64,000 nt of DNA, from contig OX597819.1 of assembly GCA_951406725.2 (NCBI GenBank), forward strand, positions 54,312,001-54,376,000. Reading direction: 5' to 3'. Shown piece by piece: positions 1 through 12,797 of this stretch. The first letter of the stretch is position 1. The number at the start of each line of letters is the position of its first letter. The notes beneath the pieces were generated by a model. It searched no databases. It had not been told where the DNA came from and worked only from the letters and a program-made list of their open reading frames with translations. This stretch comes from Octopus vulgaris (taxonomy: Eukaryota). A program made the position numbers and the translations under genes.

Positions 1-12
1 GCCCTGCTACCA
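1..12 (+). CDS. 3' end of an upstream exon of the X11/Mint gene (..PAT, phase 1)
   Basis: gccctgctacca is followed by a consensus donor GTGAGT (13-18). A phase-1 end joins exon 6072 in frame (a+at = Asn). Only 12 nt are visible. Confidence 0.55.
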
Positions 13-2147
13 GTGAGTGGTCAACACAAATAGATTTAGTGCCCTAATTTCTTTTTTCAGGTGGAGGCTACCACTGTTTCTGTTCTACCTCTCAGTCCTC
101 TCCTTTTTCCTTTCTTATGTCAACACTACTACATTTGCTTCTTACATCTTTTGAGTTACGCTTACTCTGGCTTTTAAATAATAAACAGCTGTTTTATTGA
201 AATAGATAAATTTATGTAAGTGGAATGCTTACAGATAAGGTGTTTTCTTCTTATTCAGTTACAAACAAAACTTTCTTTTTATCATATGAGGCCTTTGGAA
301 AACTCATTGAAATCATTTAGTGCCTTATTTCTTTCTTTATCTATATTTCACAAGCTGCAAATTGTGATTAAGCAGTTTATATTTCTATAATCCCCACTCA
401 TATTATCTGTGGTACACTTTTAATGTAGATTAAGATGCATTTAATGAAAAAATATATATTTTGGCATAAATTTGTAACAGAAGTTCATTTCTTTCTTGTT
501 GTTGATAATGCTAGTAGTGTTTAACTGTTATCCCTGAAATCTTAATGAATGTTCCAAATAATAAATAATTAAAACTAAAATACTAACATATTCAAACTTC
601 TAATTTCCTTAATGACTGTCCAGTGGATTAAACCACATGACAAACTTTTTCACGTAATAGTAGTCTTTTCACTCTCAACTTCTTTGTTATGCTTGACATT
701 TCTCTAAAATTATTGTCTGTGTTTTTTCACACATCACTCTGTCTCATTTGATTTCTGAAATTTTGATAATGATTTCTGCATATTAATGAAGTTCTTTAAC
801 AGTTTTATTGTGAAGCTTCATTAATTGTCTTAAATCTATAACTATTGGCTACTTCTTTAGTTTCATATTATTGGCATACTCCCGCTTGTAACTAATTCCT
901 CCGATTAAAAGTTTTCTTACCTCTTAGCATTTCACTCTTGAACCCTCTTTTGTGCTTTTCTCTAAATGAATAATTAATTTTTGTTCTAATATGGGCTTTG
1001 AAAAAAACAAAAAAACTAAAGGGAAGAAAAGAGTGGAAACAAAATTGTTATTTTTTTACTTTTGCTCAAACTGAATTCTTCAATCTTGTTTTTAAATAGT
1101 TTGCTATTGAAGATAATTCCTTAGTATAAAGCTCACAACTTATGTGGATAAGGAATCTAATTTTATAAGATTATCATTTTTCAATTTGAATGAGATATGC
1201 ATGATCAAAGAAAATAGGAAATATTTTCTTTAATGCACAAAACATACATCATTTCAACAGTTATGAATATTAAAATTTTATGAATATATTCTAAAATGAT
1301 ATGTAACTGATGTAATTTTTTGTTTATACTTATTCACATCCTATAAGCATGGATATAAATTAACAAACCTATTCATTCATTGCACCTTTGAAGTTTAAAC
1401 TGCACTTTTCCCATTATTTCCTTCCACAGAAAAAATTCTATCAAAATGAAACTTTAAATAAAGGTTTTTCTAAAGATTTTCTTATAATAATAATTCTTTT
1501 ATGAAATGTTTATTTAAAAAATAAGATTCTCCTATTTTGCTTCCCTTTTTCATTCCCTCCCATTTTTGATATACACATAACACATTTTAAGTTGAAAAAA
1601 TATTTGCTGTATTTTATCAAATTTGTTTAATTTTACTTTATCACTGTTAAGTAAAATTGAAAAAAAAATTATTGAAAAGCTTGTTTGAGTTGTTTTAGGT
1701 GTGATAACTGCTGGGATCTGCCTTACAAACTGCAAGAAGTAAAGTATCTTGTAAGAGGCAATGATACAAGGACCACTAAAGTAAACATTCAAAACCTTTG
1801 ACATTTTTTGTGGTCTGTTGATGCATCCCATTGTCTGCACTTTGGAAGAGGAAAATACCATGTTGAACTGACTTTCCTTAAATGTAACTGCAAAGAAGAA
1901 GTCTTCAGATGTTGTAAGAAAGAAGCAGGCCAACAATGAGGACTCTTAAAGTCAACTATGTTCCAGTTCTCAGGTCTTCATTGTTAGCATTTTTCTACAT
2001 CAAAAGTCAGTCAATACAACCATTCTGGAAGACATATATTCAATGAAACCTAACTGTTAACACTACAAGATGCAATTAATAACATTAATAAGATAAGTTT
2101 AATTAGTATTGTGTAATGAACATTAAAACATTTGAAATTAATGAAAG

Positions 2148-2186
<39 letters not shown>

Positions 2187-3847
2187 CATCAGCTTGTACT
2201 TGAAAATTGATAATATTTCAAAAGAAATTGAATTGTGGAAGGAAATAAAGTTAGCATATTTTAACGGTTGAGACATTAATGTAAAGTTAAAATATTGAGT
2301 AGTAACTGTTAGGATTTCATCTGTTTTATCACTATGAAATTTTGTCTCTAGTGAACATCTATATTATCTTAAAATGTGGTCTTTTTGGTCTACTTCTTAA
2401 ATTTCTATTTAAGAATAGATTGAATAGATGACTGAAATTGTCCCACTTTTGCTAAAACTACACACATTTGAAAAAATGGAAAGTGTTTAGCTATACTGAT
2501 ATTTCAAACTAAATTTAGCCTATATATCTATGAAAGTTAAGTTTATTGAATAATTGTAAAAAAAAAATGTTATTTGTAAATTATTTAAAATATCTTATAA
2601 ATTATTTTTTAAAGAAAGGCCACCATGAAGAAAAAAAGGAAGAAACAACAACAATAATAGTAGTTTTATATATCTTTTATATTTAATTTACAGTACCAAA
2701 GAAGCTGCCCTTGTTAGTGCACAAATTCTTGTTGACAGTTTATAAGTTTTACACATTCTAAAATAAAATTTATACATTTTATATCATGCATGATTATAGC
2801 ATAGTGCTTTTCAAATTCTTTTAACTTATCTGAAGTTATGTATCTTAAAGGATAGGATCCAAATGAACTACTGTGTATCCCATATTTTCATTTTCTCATC
2901 GTAGTGTACAAATGATACCATGGTGATAAAGAGATGTTCAAGTCAAGGTTGTTGCTAGTTCAAAGCATTTTACACTTCATAAAAGCAGCCTTAGATACTG
3001 TTGGTTGCCCTGTAGGTGGCATCTTGGTTGAAATACACTAATTTAACAAGTTTATAGAGAGCTTGATTACTTTAGAAATTTTTTATTAAATATCTTTGTG
3101 TTCAAGTGGATTTGGTATTAAACACCATAATTTGATAGGAAATTACTTTTCAACTATCTAAAGAGAGCATTATTTAATGTGGTTTTTACAATATTGATTT
3201 GATCATTTATTTTAGGTTATAATAAATTCTGGAGTCTGCTCTCATATAATGGATTCTATAGCCCACTTTTATAGATGTCTGTATTCTGAGTGCATTAATA
3301 AATTCTCTTTATCTTATATTGTACACTTTTGCTTTTCAGTGATGGCTTTCTTTTTCAAAGACAGTTGTAATTTTTTTTTATTTATATGAATTCTCAATTG
3401 AGCCTTTTCTTAGGTTACCTTTATGTACTTAGAGCTCTTTTAAAACCCTTTGATATCACTCCATTTAAGACTACTTCTGGTTCAAGATAAAAAATTTCGT
3501 TTTAAAATGTTCTTAGTTAAATACCTTGGATGATGATAATTTTAAGTAAGAACCTCCTGTTAGTTATACTTCTAATTGGTTTAATAGAACAATTAATAAA
3601 AAAGCTAACTACTTTACTGACTCCCTCCAAATTTGTTCATTATAAAAATATGATCTCTAAAAGGTTTTGATCTTTGCATAATGTAAATGGCATTTTGCTG
3701 GTCATAGGAACACATCAAAATAGATTTAAATCCATATTAGAATATTAATACTTTTTATATTTCTTGAAAAGATCATGGTCATATCAGTGTTCTCATTGGT
3801 TCCTTTCCAAGGGTAGTAGAGAGCTAGATGTGGCCCATTATATTGTA

Positions 3848-3982
3848 TTAACTTTTAGCATGCTGTTGGTGCATCATGTTGCTGTATGAGTTTTCTCCCC
3901 TTTCAATGTGACAATGTGCCTGCAGCTATGTAAGAGAAAACTCATACAGTGACATGATGCACCTAAATATGTTAAAGGTTAA
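3848..3982. mobile_element. TTAA-flanked fold-back MITE (piggyBac-like ends)
   Basis: TTAA at both ends, imperfect terminal repeats, and a 30-bp inverted repeat at 3868-3897/3934-3963. Confidence 0.7.
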
Positions 3983-6071
3983 ACTTTGTGTGTTAATTTT
4001 CTGAGTTTAAATTCATAGAAAGCTGAATTTATCTTTGTCTTTCTTAGTTTGTACAACTATTTGCTGGTACATATTTAAAGTCTGTTGGTTACATGTGCTC
4101 CTAAAAAATTCTGGCTCTGTATGCAGTCAAAAGATATTGTTATTGATCAGATTTGAAAACATTGGATTATATGAAATCTTGTCCTGAATAAATGAATCAA
4201 TTAATAACAACTTATTTCCTGTTTTGTGATGTGCACACACTCATGCAATTTCTTTCTTTCTTTTTTTTTTTTTGTTCCATGTGTGTGTGTGTATTCTTAA
4301 GACATATGTTCAGAATATTTAAGTTGAGCTACTGTGATGACATTAGTTTTGTGAATTGTGTAAACCTTTTTATTACTAATGTCAACATTAGGCATTTTTA
4401 TTACTTTTATATTTCTTACCTGACATTTTTTAAATTTAATTATTTCTTTTACTTCCCTGGAGTTACAAACAAACATTTTATAATCTGTTTTCTTTAACAT
4501 CTCTATCTTGAATCTTCGTCTTATTATTATTAGTATCTATAATTAAGACAATATAAATTATATATTCTACAGTTATACAATAATGTTTTTATGTTTATTG
4601 TAGGTATTCTTTGTTGTTGGAGGACTATTTTTGTTTTCAGAACTCAGTATTTTAATTTCTTTTTGTTAACTGGCTTACATACTTGGCATATATTAAATAA
4701 AAATTGTTAGTTATTTAAAACTCAATTCTATTTAAGCATGGTCACAGATAACTGGCTGTATTACCAGTAAAAGAGTATTATCTCAAAATTAATGAAAACA
4801 GGCCAAGTTTAATATGGATTTAATTTCCATTTATAATGGTTTAAATTTAGCTATCTTTAAACAGTTTTTATTACAGATACATATAACTTCAGTTTTCTTT
4901 TTTGCAATCAACAGTTGATATTTTTAATTAACATTAATTTCTCAGTTATATGGTAGTATATTCCCTAGATTTACAATTCAAATTCTGCATGTATATTTAT
5001 AGCTTTATGTTTTAAAGTTTCTAGGTTTTATAGTTACACAAAATCACATTTTTGATATTGAGCTATGATGTTGTTTATAGTGAGACTGAGTTTCTTGTTA
5101 ATAAAACAAAATATAACTTATTTTTTCTAAGTAGCTATAAGTAATGATCATTCAAAGTAAAGCCTGATGCTGCCTTCATTTATACTACCTGTTGTTGAGT
5201 ATGCTTAGATCTTCTTGAGCTGATCCATGTGGTGGTAGCTCATCAAATTGTTAGAAACAAGGCTCATATTCAGTGCTTTGGTTTTGCAAATATAATATGT
5301 TATATCGGGTGAAAATTTGTCACTCATTTTCATAACCATCTTTTTCTTTGTCTTTAAGATTAAGGACTTAATTTATTTAGTTGATGTTTGAGAGTTTATT
5401 GGCAGAGATTTGACTACTACATTAAGGTCAAGCAGCTGTGTAGAACTCAAATGTCTATTGATTAATTTATTGGCTCTGTACTTGGTATCTTGCTCTAAAG
5501 AATGGTGGTTTATTGTGAATCTGCTTATTTGATCTGATACTGCACAACCCTTTAGGGCTACATTATTTGCAAAAGTTTTTTTTTTTGTCAATTCCATGAT
5601 AAAAATGAAGTTTGTTGCTGCTCTATACTGGAACAATTGTTTAGCTGAAGCAAATCTATCATTGACAGGATGATTTCAGCTTGAATTGAAATTGTCAGTG
5701 ATAAAAATAAGTGTAAAATATTGATTAAATCACTTTGTATTGAATCAAATGAATGCTTGTTTGTGTGTGTGTGTGTGTGTAATGTATGTTTGTAATTTGT
5801 TGAAATCTTCCTTGACATGGCATTTTTTTGTTACACCTGTGCTTGTGATTTTTTTTTTGATGTTCAATTAATTATGTGTGATTTTTTTTTAAAGATTACT
5901 ATTGGGACTCATTACTATTGTCAAGATTCAAATTATTATATGATATTGCTTTTCTAACTACTTCAGCATTATCAACAATGTCTTTTATATCAATTTAGTT
6001 CTGTGCACTTAGTAGCTTTTAGTTCTGGTTTTCACTGTTATTGGACATTAACATTTCATATTTTTCCTTAG

Positions 6072-6181
6072 ATTTTGATACAGATGAAGAAACTGACAAA
6101 TTACTCCAAAAACAATATCAAACTGACCAGCATGTTGACATTCCAGAGTTGAGTAAACCTCCAATAAATCTCGGTGCACAA
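6072..6181 (+). CDS. APBA: X11/Mint N-terminal-region exon (110 nt): FDTDEETDKLLQKQYQTDQHVDIPELSKPPINLGAQ
   Basis: Acceptor tttttccttAG and donor GTGAGT. Open frame, phase 1 in and phase 0 out. Contains the acidic dileucine-like ETDKLL and chains in frame to the downstream exons. Confidence 0.8.
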
Positions 6182-6562
6182 GTGAGTTATTTCTTTTTTT
6201 AAATATAGCATATGTCATACCAAAATATATTTTGTTATAATTCACTCATTCATATGATTAAACACATTTATCTGTTTTGGGATAAATCAAAGTTCAGTAT
6301 CTCTAGTTTCTGGAAATTTTCCCTCCCCACTCCCTACTTCCAATATATATTTACATATATATATATATATATCATAAATTTTTTAAAGATAATTGATTTT
6401 TTTCTTATTGAATTTTAAATTATTATTATTATATATATTTTTAAAAATTTTACTTTTTATCTCATTTTCTTGAAGTATTTTGTATGACATAGATTACACA
6501 TTATGCCTCAACTTAAATTTTCACAAAACATTTTAAGACATTATTTTTTTTTTGTCTCTTAG

Positions 6563-6580
6563 CCTGTGAAGAAGAATATG
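6563..6580 (+). CDS. APBA: 18-nt microexon PVKKNM
   Basis: T-tract + gtctcttAG | cctgtgaagaagaatatg | GTGAGA. Symmetric phase 0/0 with no stop. Confidence 0.7.
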
Positions 6581-6770
6581 GTGAGATTTTGTGTACTTTA
6601 TAGCCATGTTTATTCCTTACACTTTGTTGTCACTCAAATTGTAGTTTTCTCTATGGTTATTTATTTTCTTTTCTTACATAGACTGGCTTCACTCAAAATA
6701 ATTTTAGGCACCTTTTAGAATTTGTGTTACGTACAAACATTTGAGTGCATGTATGTATGTATATTATATC

Positions 6771-6804
<34 letters not shown>

Positions 6805-8734
6805 ATAAAAATTATATATAAAATATCCAACAGTGGTGAATATTTTCTCTTTGCTAAGAGGTTAGACTTGTGGACTCCGTAACAATCTTTTCCATTTTGT
6901 ATTATACTCATCATGGTTCCATTGTAGAGGCAGTTGACTAGATGCCCTTCCTGTCATCAACACTTTATTCACCTCTTACATCACACGTGTAATAAATACA
7001 CAGATCAGTGAATGGTTCCCAATTGTTTTGTTTTTTTATCTTAGTGCTGTACTGAAAATCAAACCCCAAATATTATTGGTGCAGCTTGCATAGAAAATTA
7101 AAAATTATGGAAAGTTTAAACAAAGTAGCTTCAAAGATAAACATGTATGAAATTATTGCTTACCTCATCTTATTTATTGTACTTCAGTCTAACAAAATAA
7201 TAAATACATGTTTTGTCAAGATGTTCAAGCATTACTACTAATATTCTAAAGCCTGAAATTATATATTTAAATGCCTGCAGTTCATCTAATATACCTCCCA
7301 TTGTGTATCGTTTCAGAACCATATGTACAATGTATACATACTTATAATGAATACATATATCAAAAATAGCAATAACAAAGATATTGAAATCTTACTTTAT
7401 AAATATTGAATTAGTTCTGTTTTTTGTTAATAACCCCTTTACAAAGGTTTTAAAGATTAAGAGAGAGAGTCTTCTAAATTATTATCAAATATCCATCTCT
7501 TGTACTGTCTCTTACCTGTTAACATCATCCCTTGTATATTGCAAGCTATCACTCACTTTTTATAGGTCCCCTATTATTGACATACATCACATTCTCTTTA
7601 TAATGATCATTTCTATGACTATTCCTTATTCATTCTGTCATACTTGCAGATATGTAGCTACCATTAATATCTCTCTCCCACTACCAAATGCCACTACTAC
7701 ATCTCTACATCTTGTCTCTCTTCACTATACCTGTAACACTGTCTCCAAAATGTCCCTTTCCTCCTCCACACTATCACCTCAGTCACTGTTTCTCCTTTCA
7801 TACTCTCTTTCTCTCTCTCACCTTAGTTAATCTTTGGCAAACAACCTTCTTCCTACCTACACTATTGGTGACGTTGCACTGAATAAATGGAGACAATATA
7901 GATTCATTATGATCCCCTTTTGCCTTGCAGAGTACAAAACAACTTTGCTAGTGTTGGTGTTGTAATAAAAGGCTCCCAGTACATTCTGTAGAGAGGTTGT
8001 TGAAAGAGTAGAGATATTACAGGGCTGAGAGGATCAGCGTTGTGCAGTTGGAGACATGATACTGCCTCTAGTTCTGATAGTGCATCTTGTACATTCTATA
8101 AAGTATTCCAGTGTTAGGAAGGGCATCCAGCTACAAGAACCATGCCAAAATAAAACATGACCAGTCTCCTGATCATGTGTTGAGTAAAAACTTAGATTGT
8201 GATAACCCATCTAATTCATACTAGCATGAAAATCATGTGTGAACTGATGATAATTATGTCCATCTTCTATTCCTCCCTCTGTCCATCCTTCCCTCCATCT
8301 CTCCTTTCTGTCCATTCATCTCTCCTTCTTTCCCTCCTTCTCTTTATCCTATTTTAACACAGAAATTTGACAACAATCCTTTGAACACTGTAAAAGAAAC
8401 AGACTTTGACCTCAAATTTGCAGTGAACCTGTCATATTTTATGGTTCACACACCTACACATAGAAAATAACACACTAAATAATCATAAGATGCAAAACAC
8501 AATATCAGTGCCCAAAATACCTACCTTTAAGGTAGTGTGTTTATACGTGTGTGTGTGTGTGTGTGTGTGTATTAGCTAATGAGTAATATCTAAAAATTTT
8601 AACCATCATTTTGTTTGCAAATTACTTAAATTAATCAGTACAAGATGGATCGACTGGACAACACATACATTTTATAACCCTTACAAAATTGTATTTACAG
8701 CTGCTGATGTTCCGGCAGTATTTATTTTCCATAC

Positions 8735-8957
8735 TAAATGTTGCTATTGGGTATACCCAAAGATTTTAACCATCACTACACTCAAGAACTAGAGACAGCA
8801 TCTTCCAGTCAATCCTTCTCTTACTGTCCACAATGAAACTATATAGTGAATGTGACAAATATCTATGCCTTTCTACTGTGTCTAGTAAATTTAATTAATT
8901 TGATTTATGAATGCAGTGGTGGTTAGAATCTTTGGGTGTACTCTACAGTAACCTTTA
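8735..8957. mobile_element. MITE with ~45-bp imperfect TIRs
   Basis: gggtatacccaaagattttaaccatcactacactca matches the reverse complement of tgaatgcagtggtggttagaatctttgggtgtactc at 30/36. Confidence 0.65.
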
Positions 8958-11900
8958 TTATACTACAGGCACATATCAGTAATGTGTGTCATCATCATCA
9001 TAATGTTCATATTTCCATGCTTGCATGGGGCTGATGGGGTTTGTTGAGGCAGATTTCTTATGACCAGATGTCTTTCTTGTCACTAAGCCTCACCTATGTT
9101 CTAGCAAGGTAATATTTTCCTGTGGCTGGATATGTTTTCATAAAATATTGGCAATGAATGACACTAGTTGTATGACAGTGATACATATACGGTGGTTGTG
9201 TGGTTAAGAAGCTTACTTCCCACTCATGTGGTCTTGGGTTCAGTCACATTGCAGAGCACCTTGGGCATGCCTTTTCTACTCTAGCTTTGGGCTGACGAAA
9301 ACCTGAGTAGATTAGGTAGATGGTTGTAAATGTGCATCATTGTCATACAAGAAAGGTTCTTTGTTTCCATTCTTCTGTAAAAAACATGTCTTGGTTTGAG
9401 GATATATTTACCTTACTTGGTGAAAAGATAGGCATCAGGCTGTAGATAATCTACTTCAACAAAGTCTGTTTGACCCATCCACGCATAGAAAATAGGATGT
9501 TAAATGATCATATATGTGTATATGTGTATTATTATTATTATTATAAGATTATATTATAAATTTCCTGACAACCAAATTACTGAATGATTTCATATCAGAG
9601 GTAGAAAACCAACTCCAGCAATCATTGGAAATGGCTGAAAGGAATAGTATGGTATGCACTCATTGTCACTGGAGGCATGAAAAGGTATCATCTGATCTAT
9701 TGGTCTCTTGGCTGTTGTTCAAAATTGAAACAACATTAAGGGCAGAAATCATTGAAATCAAACCTATGGAAAAGAATAGGTTGCCTATTGGAGTTATGTC
9801 CCTTGTATTGGGGATTCTCCCCCCCCCCCCCAAAAAAAAAACGTTCACCCAAGTATAAAAGATACTTGTTTTTAGGATGGGTTTGGAATAAGGACAGGGT
9901 GGAAAGATTAATTTTAAAATTTAGTGTGGTCATGTACATGCATTTGTGCGTGTGTGTATGTTAGGTATGGCAAATTTTATATTAATTCCTCGCATTGCAG
10001 TGATTAGGAAATACTGATATGGAATCGACATTTATATTTATGTATATATGTGTGTTTGAATATGTATGTCTATTATATTTCTTTAGATATGCTTCTGAAC
10101 ATGTGTGGATTTGTATGATTCACATCAGTTAACATGACCATCATCCTTTTTTATTTGTTTTTCTATGAGTTGACTGAGTTTTCTCTTGCACTGTATCTTA
10201 CCACATATGGCCCATTATCATCTCCTTTATGAGATCCAGCAATCTGAGATCAGCCTTTGCTATTTCTTCTCATGTTTTTTTTGGTGGGGTGGTTTCCCTT
10301 CTGGTATCTTCCATGTGCATCACGTATCCTTTCCCTTTCATCTGATTTCTCGTGTTTTCTCTCAGCTCATTTGTACTCCAATTTTCATGCACATTAACAT
10401 TACACATCCAACAGAGCATGCTTGCTTCATTTCTTCTGCACATATTCTGTATTCAGTGTCTATGTTTCACTATGTAATATTGCACTTCATACATAACTGT
10501 TTAGAAAAGACAACTATGTAGTTCCTCCAATAGTATCATTTTAAAGCAAAGCAGTTTGGGATATCATCACCATCATTATTGTTATCATCATTATCACCAT
10601 CATTCACTATCCATCCATTTTTCCATGCTGGCATGGATTCTATCGGTCTCAGTGTCTTGTCTCTTGTTATGGTCCTTTGTCATTTGGCATGCACAGCAAC
10701 AGAAAAACTGACAATATTTGTTATGCTGTATGTCATGGTATTTTTGGCATGATTTTTAAGGCTTGATGTCCTTCTTATCATCAACCACTTTACAGTGTGA
10801 ACTAAATGTATTTTTTCATGCTGCAAACACTAGAGCAATTGTCTAGTGTGACTAAACAGTCTTGATTGTTAGCAGTGGGATTAAAGAGTCTGTTCTACTC
10901 TTCCTTCCCTTGCTCTTTCATTTTGGCATGGTTTTTGCAGATGGATACCCTCTCTATCACCAACAACTCCACAGCATGGACTAAGAGTGTTTTATTGTCA
11001 CTTGAAATATATAAATTAAATTAGTGTATTGTAGTCTTTTTTTTTTAATTTTCATGTTGTGTTAGTGTAATTTTCATTGATATTTTCGCACTTATATAAA
11101 GATTTGGTTTCTATATACCAGAAATAAACTGCCTTTTATGTATCAGATAGTTTCACTTTTTTTCTTTGTTCTCTTAGTTACAATTATAATTTGAGTGGAA
11201 TTTTCTGTAACTTATTTATTTTCCACAAGAATTACACTGTACTTTTATATCCTCAGAATCATGTACTGTAGTAATTTACTTTGAATAAATACATTGAAAC
11301 AATAGTAGGAAGCTCTGGACATATAAATGAAAGATTATTGTACTCCTTTTGTTTGGAAACTTTATAAGTGGCAATTTCATTGTAACCAGCATTGTTTTAT
11401 TATTTTTTTTTATCTTATGTATGTATTGTTAAGAACAATCCCAGTGGGTAATTTTAACAAATAAACTTTGTGAAAATTAGTTGAATGATTAACAAAATAA
11501 TTAGCAGTTATCCAGGAAATCATTACTTGCCAAAACTGAATATACTCAGATTTTTGGTTGTAAAGAATCTAGTCTAAAAAGAACAAAGTGTTATATTGGT
11601 AGCTTGTCAGATTTGGAGAGTGACATGAAACCAAATATTAGGGTAGTGAAAAGAATAGTACTATGAAGAATAATGATGATGAAGTAGATGCCATTGATAA
11701 GTTAAATACAATCAACTTTAAAAATATTTTGTTGCCAATAAAATCTGTTTTCAATTTCAAAGATCTTTATTATAAGCTTCACTGCTGTAGTTTGTAATTT
11801 TATCATTGACTTTTTTTCAAGCAAATATGAGTAAAATTGAATTGTAAGGATTATAAATTATAGTTCTATTTAAAAAATTATAATTTAATTGTGTTAAGGA

Positions 11901-12766
11901 GCTTTTATTTTCTGATATACGCAACTGAAAGAAGTCTTTAGATATGTACTTACATATGAATTGACCCGTGATATATATATCATTTAATACATGCCAACAT
12001 ATTAAAACCAATGGGAAATTAATTAAAATGAGGATCACATGGTCAGTGACTATAAATATGGTGATAATGGTGTTTTTGAAAGTGTGTATATGTGTTTGCA
12101 TACATGTAGTTTATTTGTTGCTTATGTGTATATTAGATGTCTACAATCTGTTGTATAATTCTTCACTCTAACTACATTACATCACTAATTACATTTAGAT
12201 TATTTCATTGAACATTGTTTGCTTCTTATTTATAAAACTAAAGTTATTGCTGAAAATTAGATCCATACGCAGTCATAAAACTATATTCAGTTTGTGTTTT
12301 TTTTACTCTCCATTTATGACAGTGGTTTCTAGGGCTTTTTAAAAAAAACTTTTATTATGTATTTTCATTCTAGTTTCAAGTCAAATGTATTATTCTTAAT
12401 GGATTGTACGTGTTACATTTTGATAACAACTCTAGCTCTCTCCATCATTCACATTCATTGATCTTAATTGTGTTTCTTTTCGGTAGATTTAATGCTTTAT
12501 AGTGTTCAGTTTTATTCTGAATTCAAATCTCACTAATTAGTGCCTTTAATACTTTTTAATTCAAGAAAATAAGTACTAACCATATATTAGTGTCAGTTCA
12601 GTTCACTAAGCACCTTCCCATCAGCTTTGTAGCTTTATGTTATTGTGAGAAATATATATTATCCAAAAGAAATATGTATTATGTTAATGAAAGTTTTATA
12701 TATCTTGGTTCTTTTATTTATTAGAAAATAGTTTTGTAACTTACGCAATTTTGTTTGTCTTTTCAG

Positions 12767-12797
12767 GCTGAGAAAAGGCGATCACGTGCTAAGGAGG
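12767..12797 (+). CDS. APBA: 31-nt exon AEKRRSRAKE(g)
   Basis: Acceptor ttgtcttttcAG and donor GTGAGT. It converts phase 0 to phase 1, exactly as exon 22979 requires (g+tt = Val). Confidence 0.8.

Noticed and set aside
1430-1463. Strong acceptor followed by 34 nt and GTTTTT
   Set aside because: Weak donor, and a stop codon in the required phase-1 frame.
1699-1950. Coding-looking, GC-richer stretch after tgttttAG
   Set aside because: No donor gives a stop-free phase 1/1 exon, and I recognise no homology.
4641-4646. Possible 6-nt microexon AACTCA (ttttcAG...GTATTT)
   Set aside because: Frame-compatible, but the donor is weak and such matches are expected by chance.
8363-8389. Possible 27-nt phase-0 exon KFDNNPLNT
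   Set aside because: Weak donor ACT|GTAAAA, and the pyrimidine tract is a low-complexity repeat. Worth including in a junction library only.
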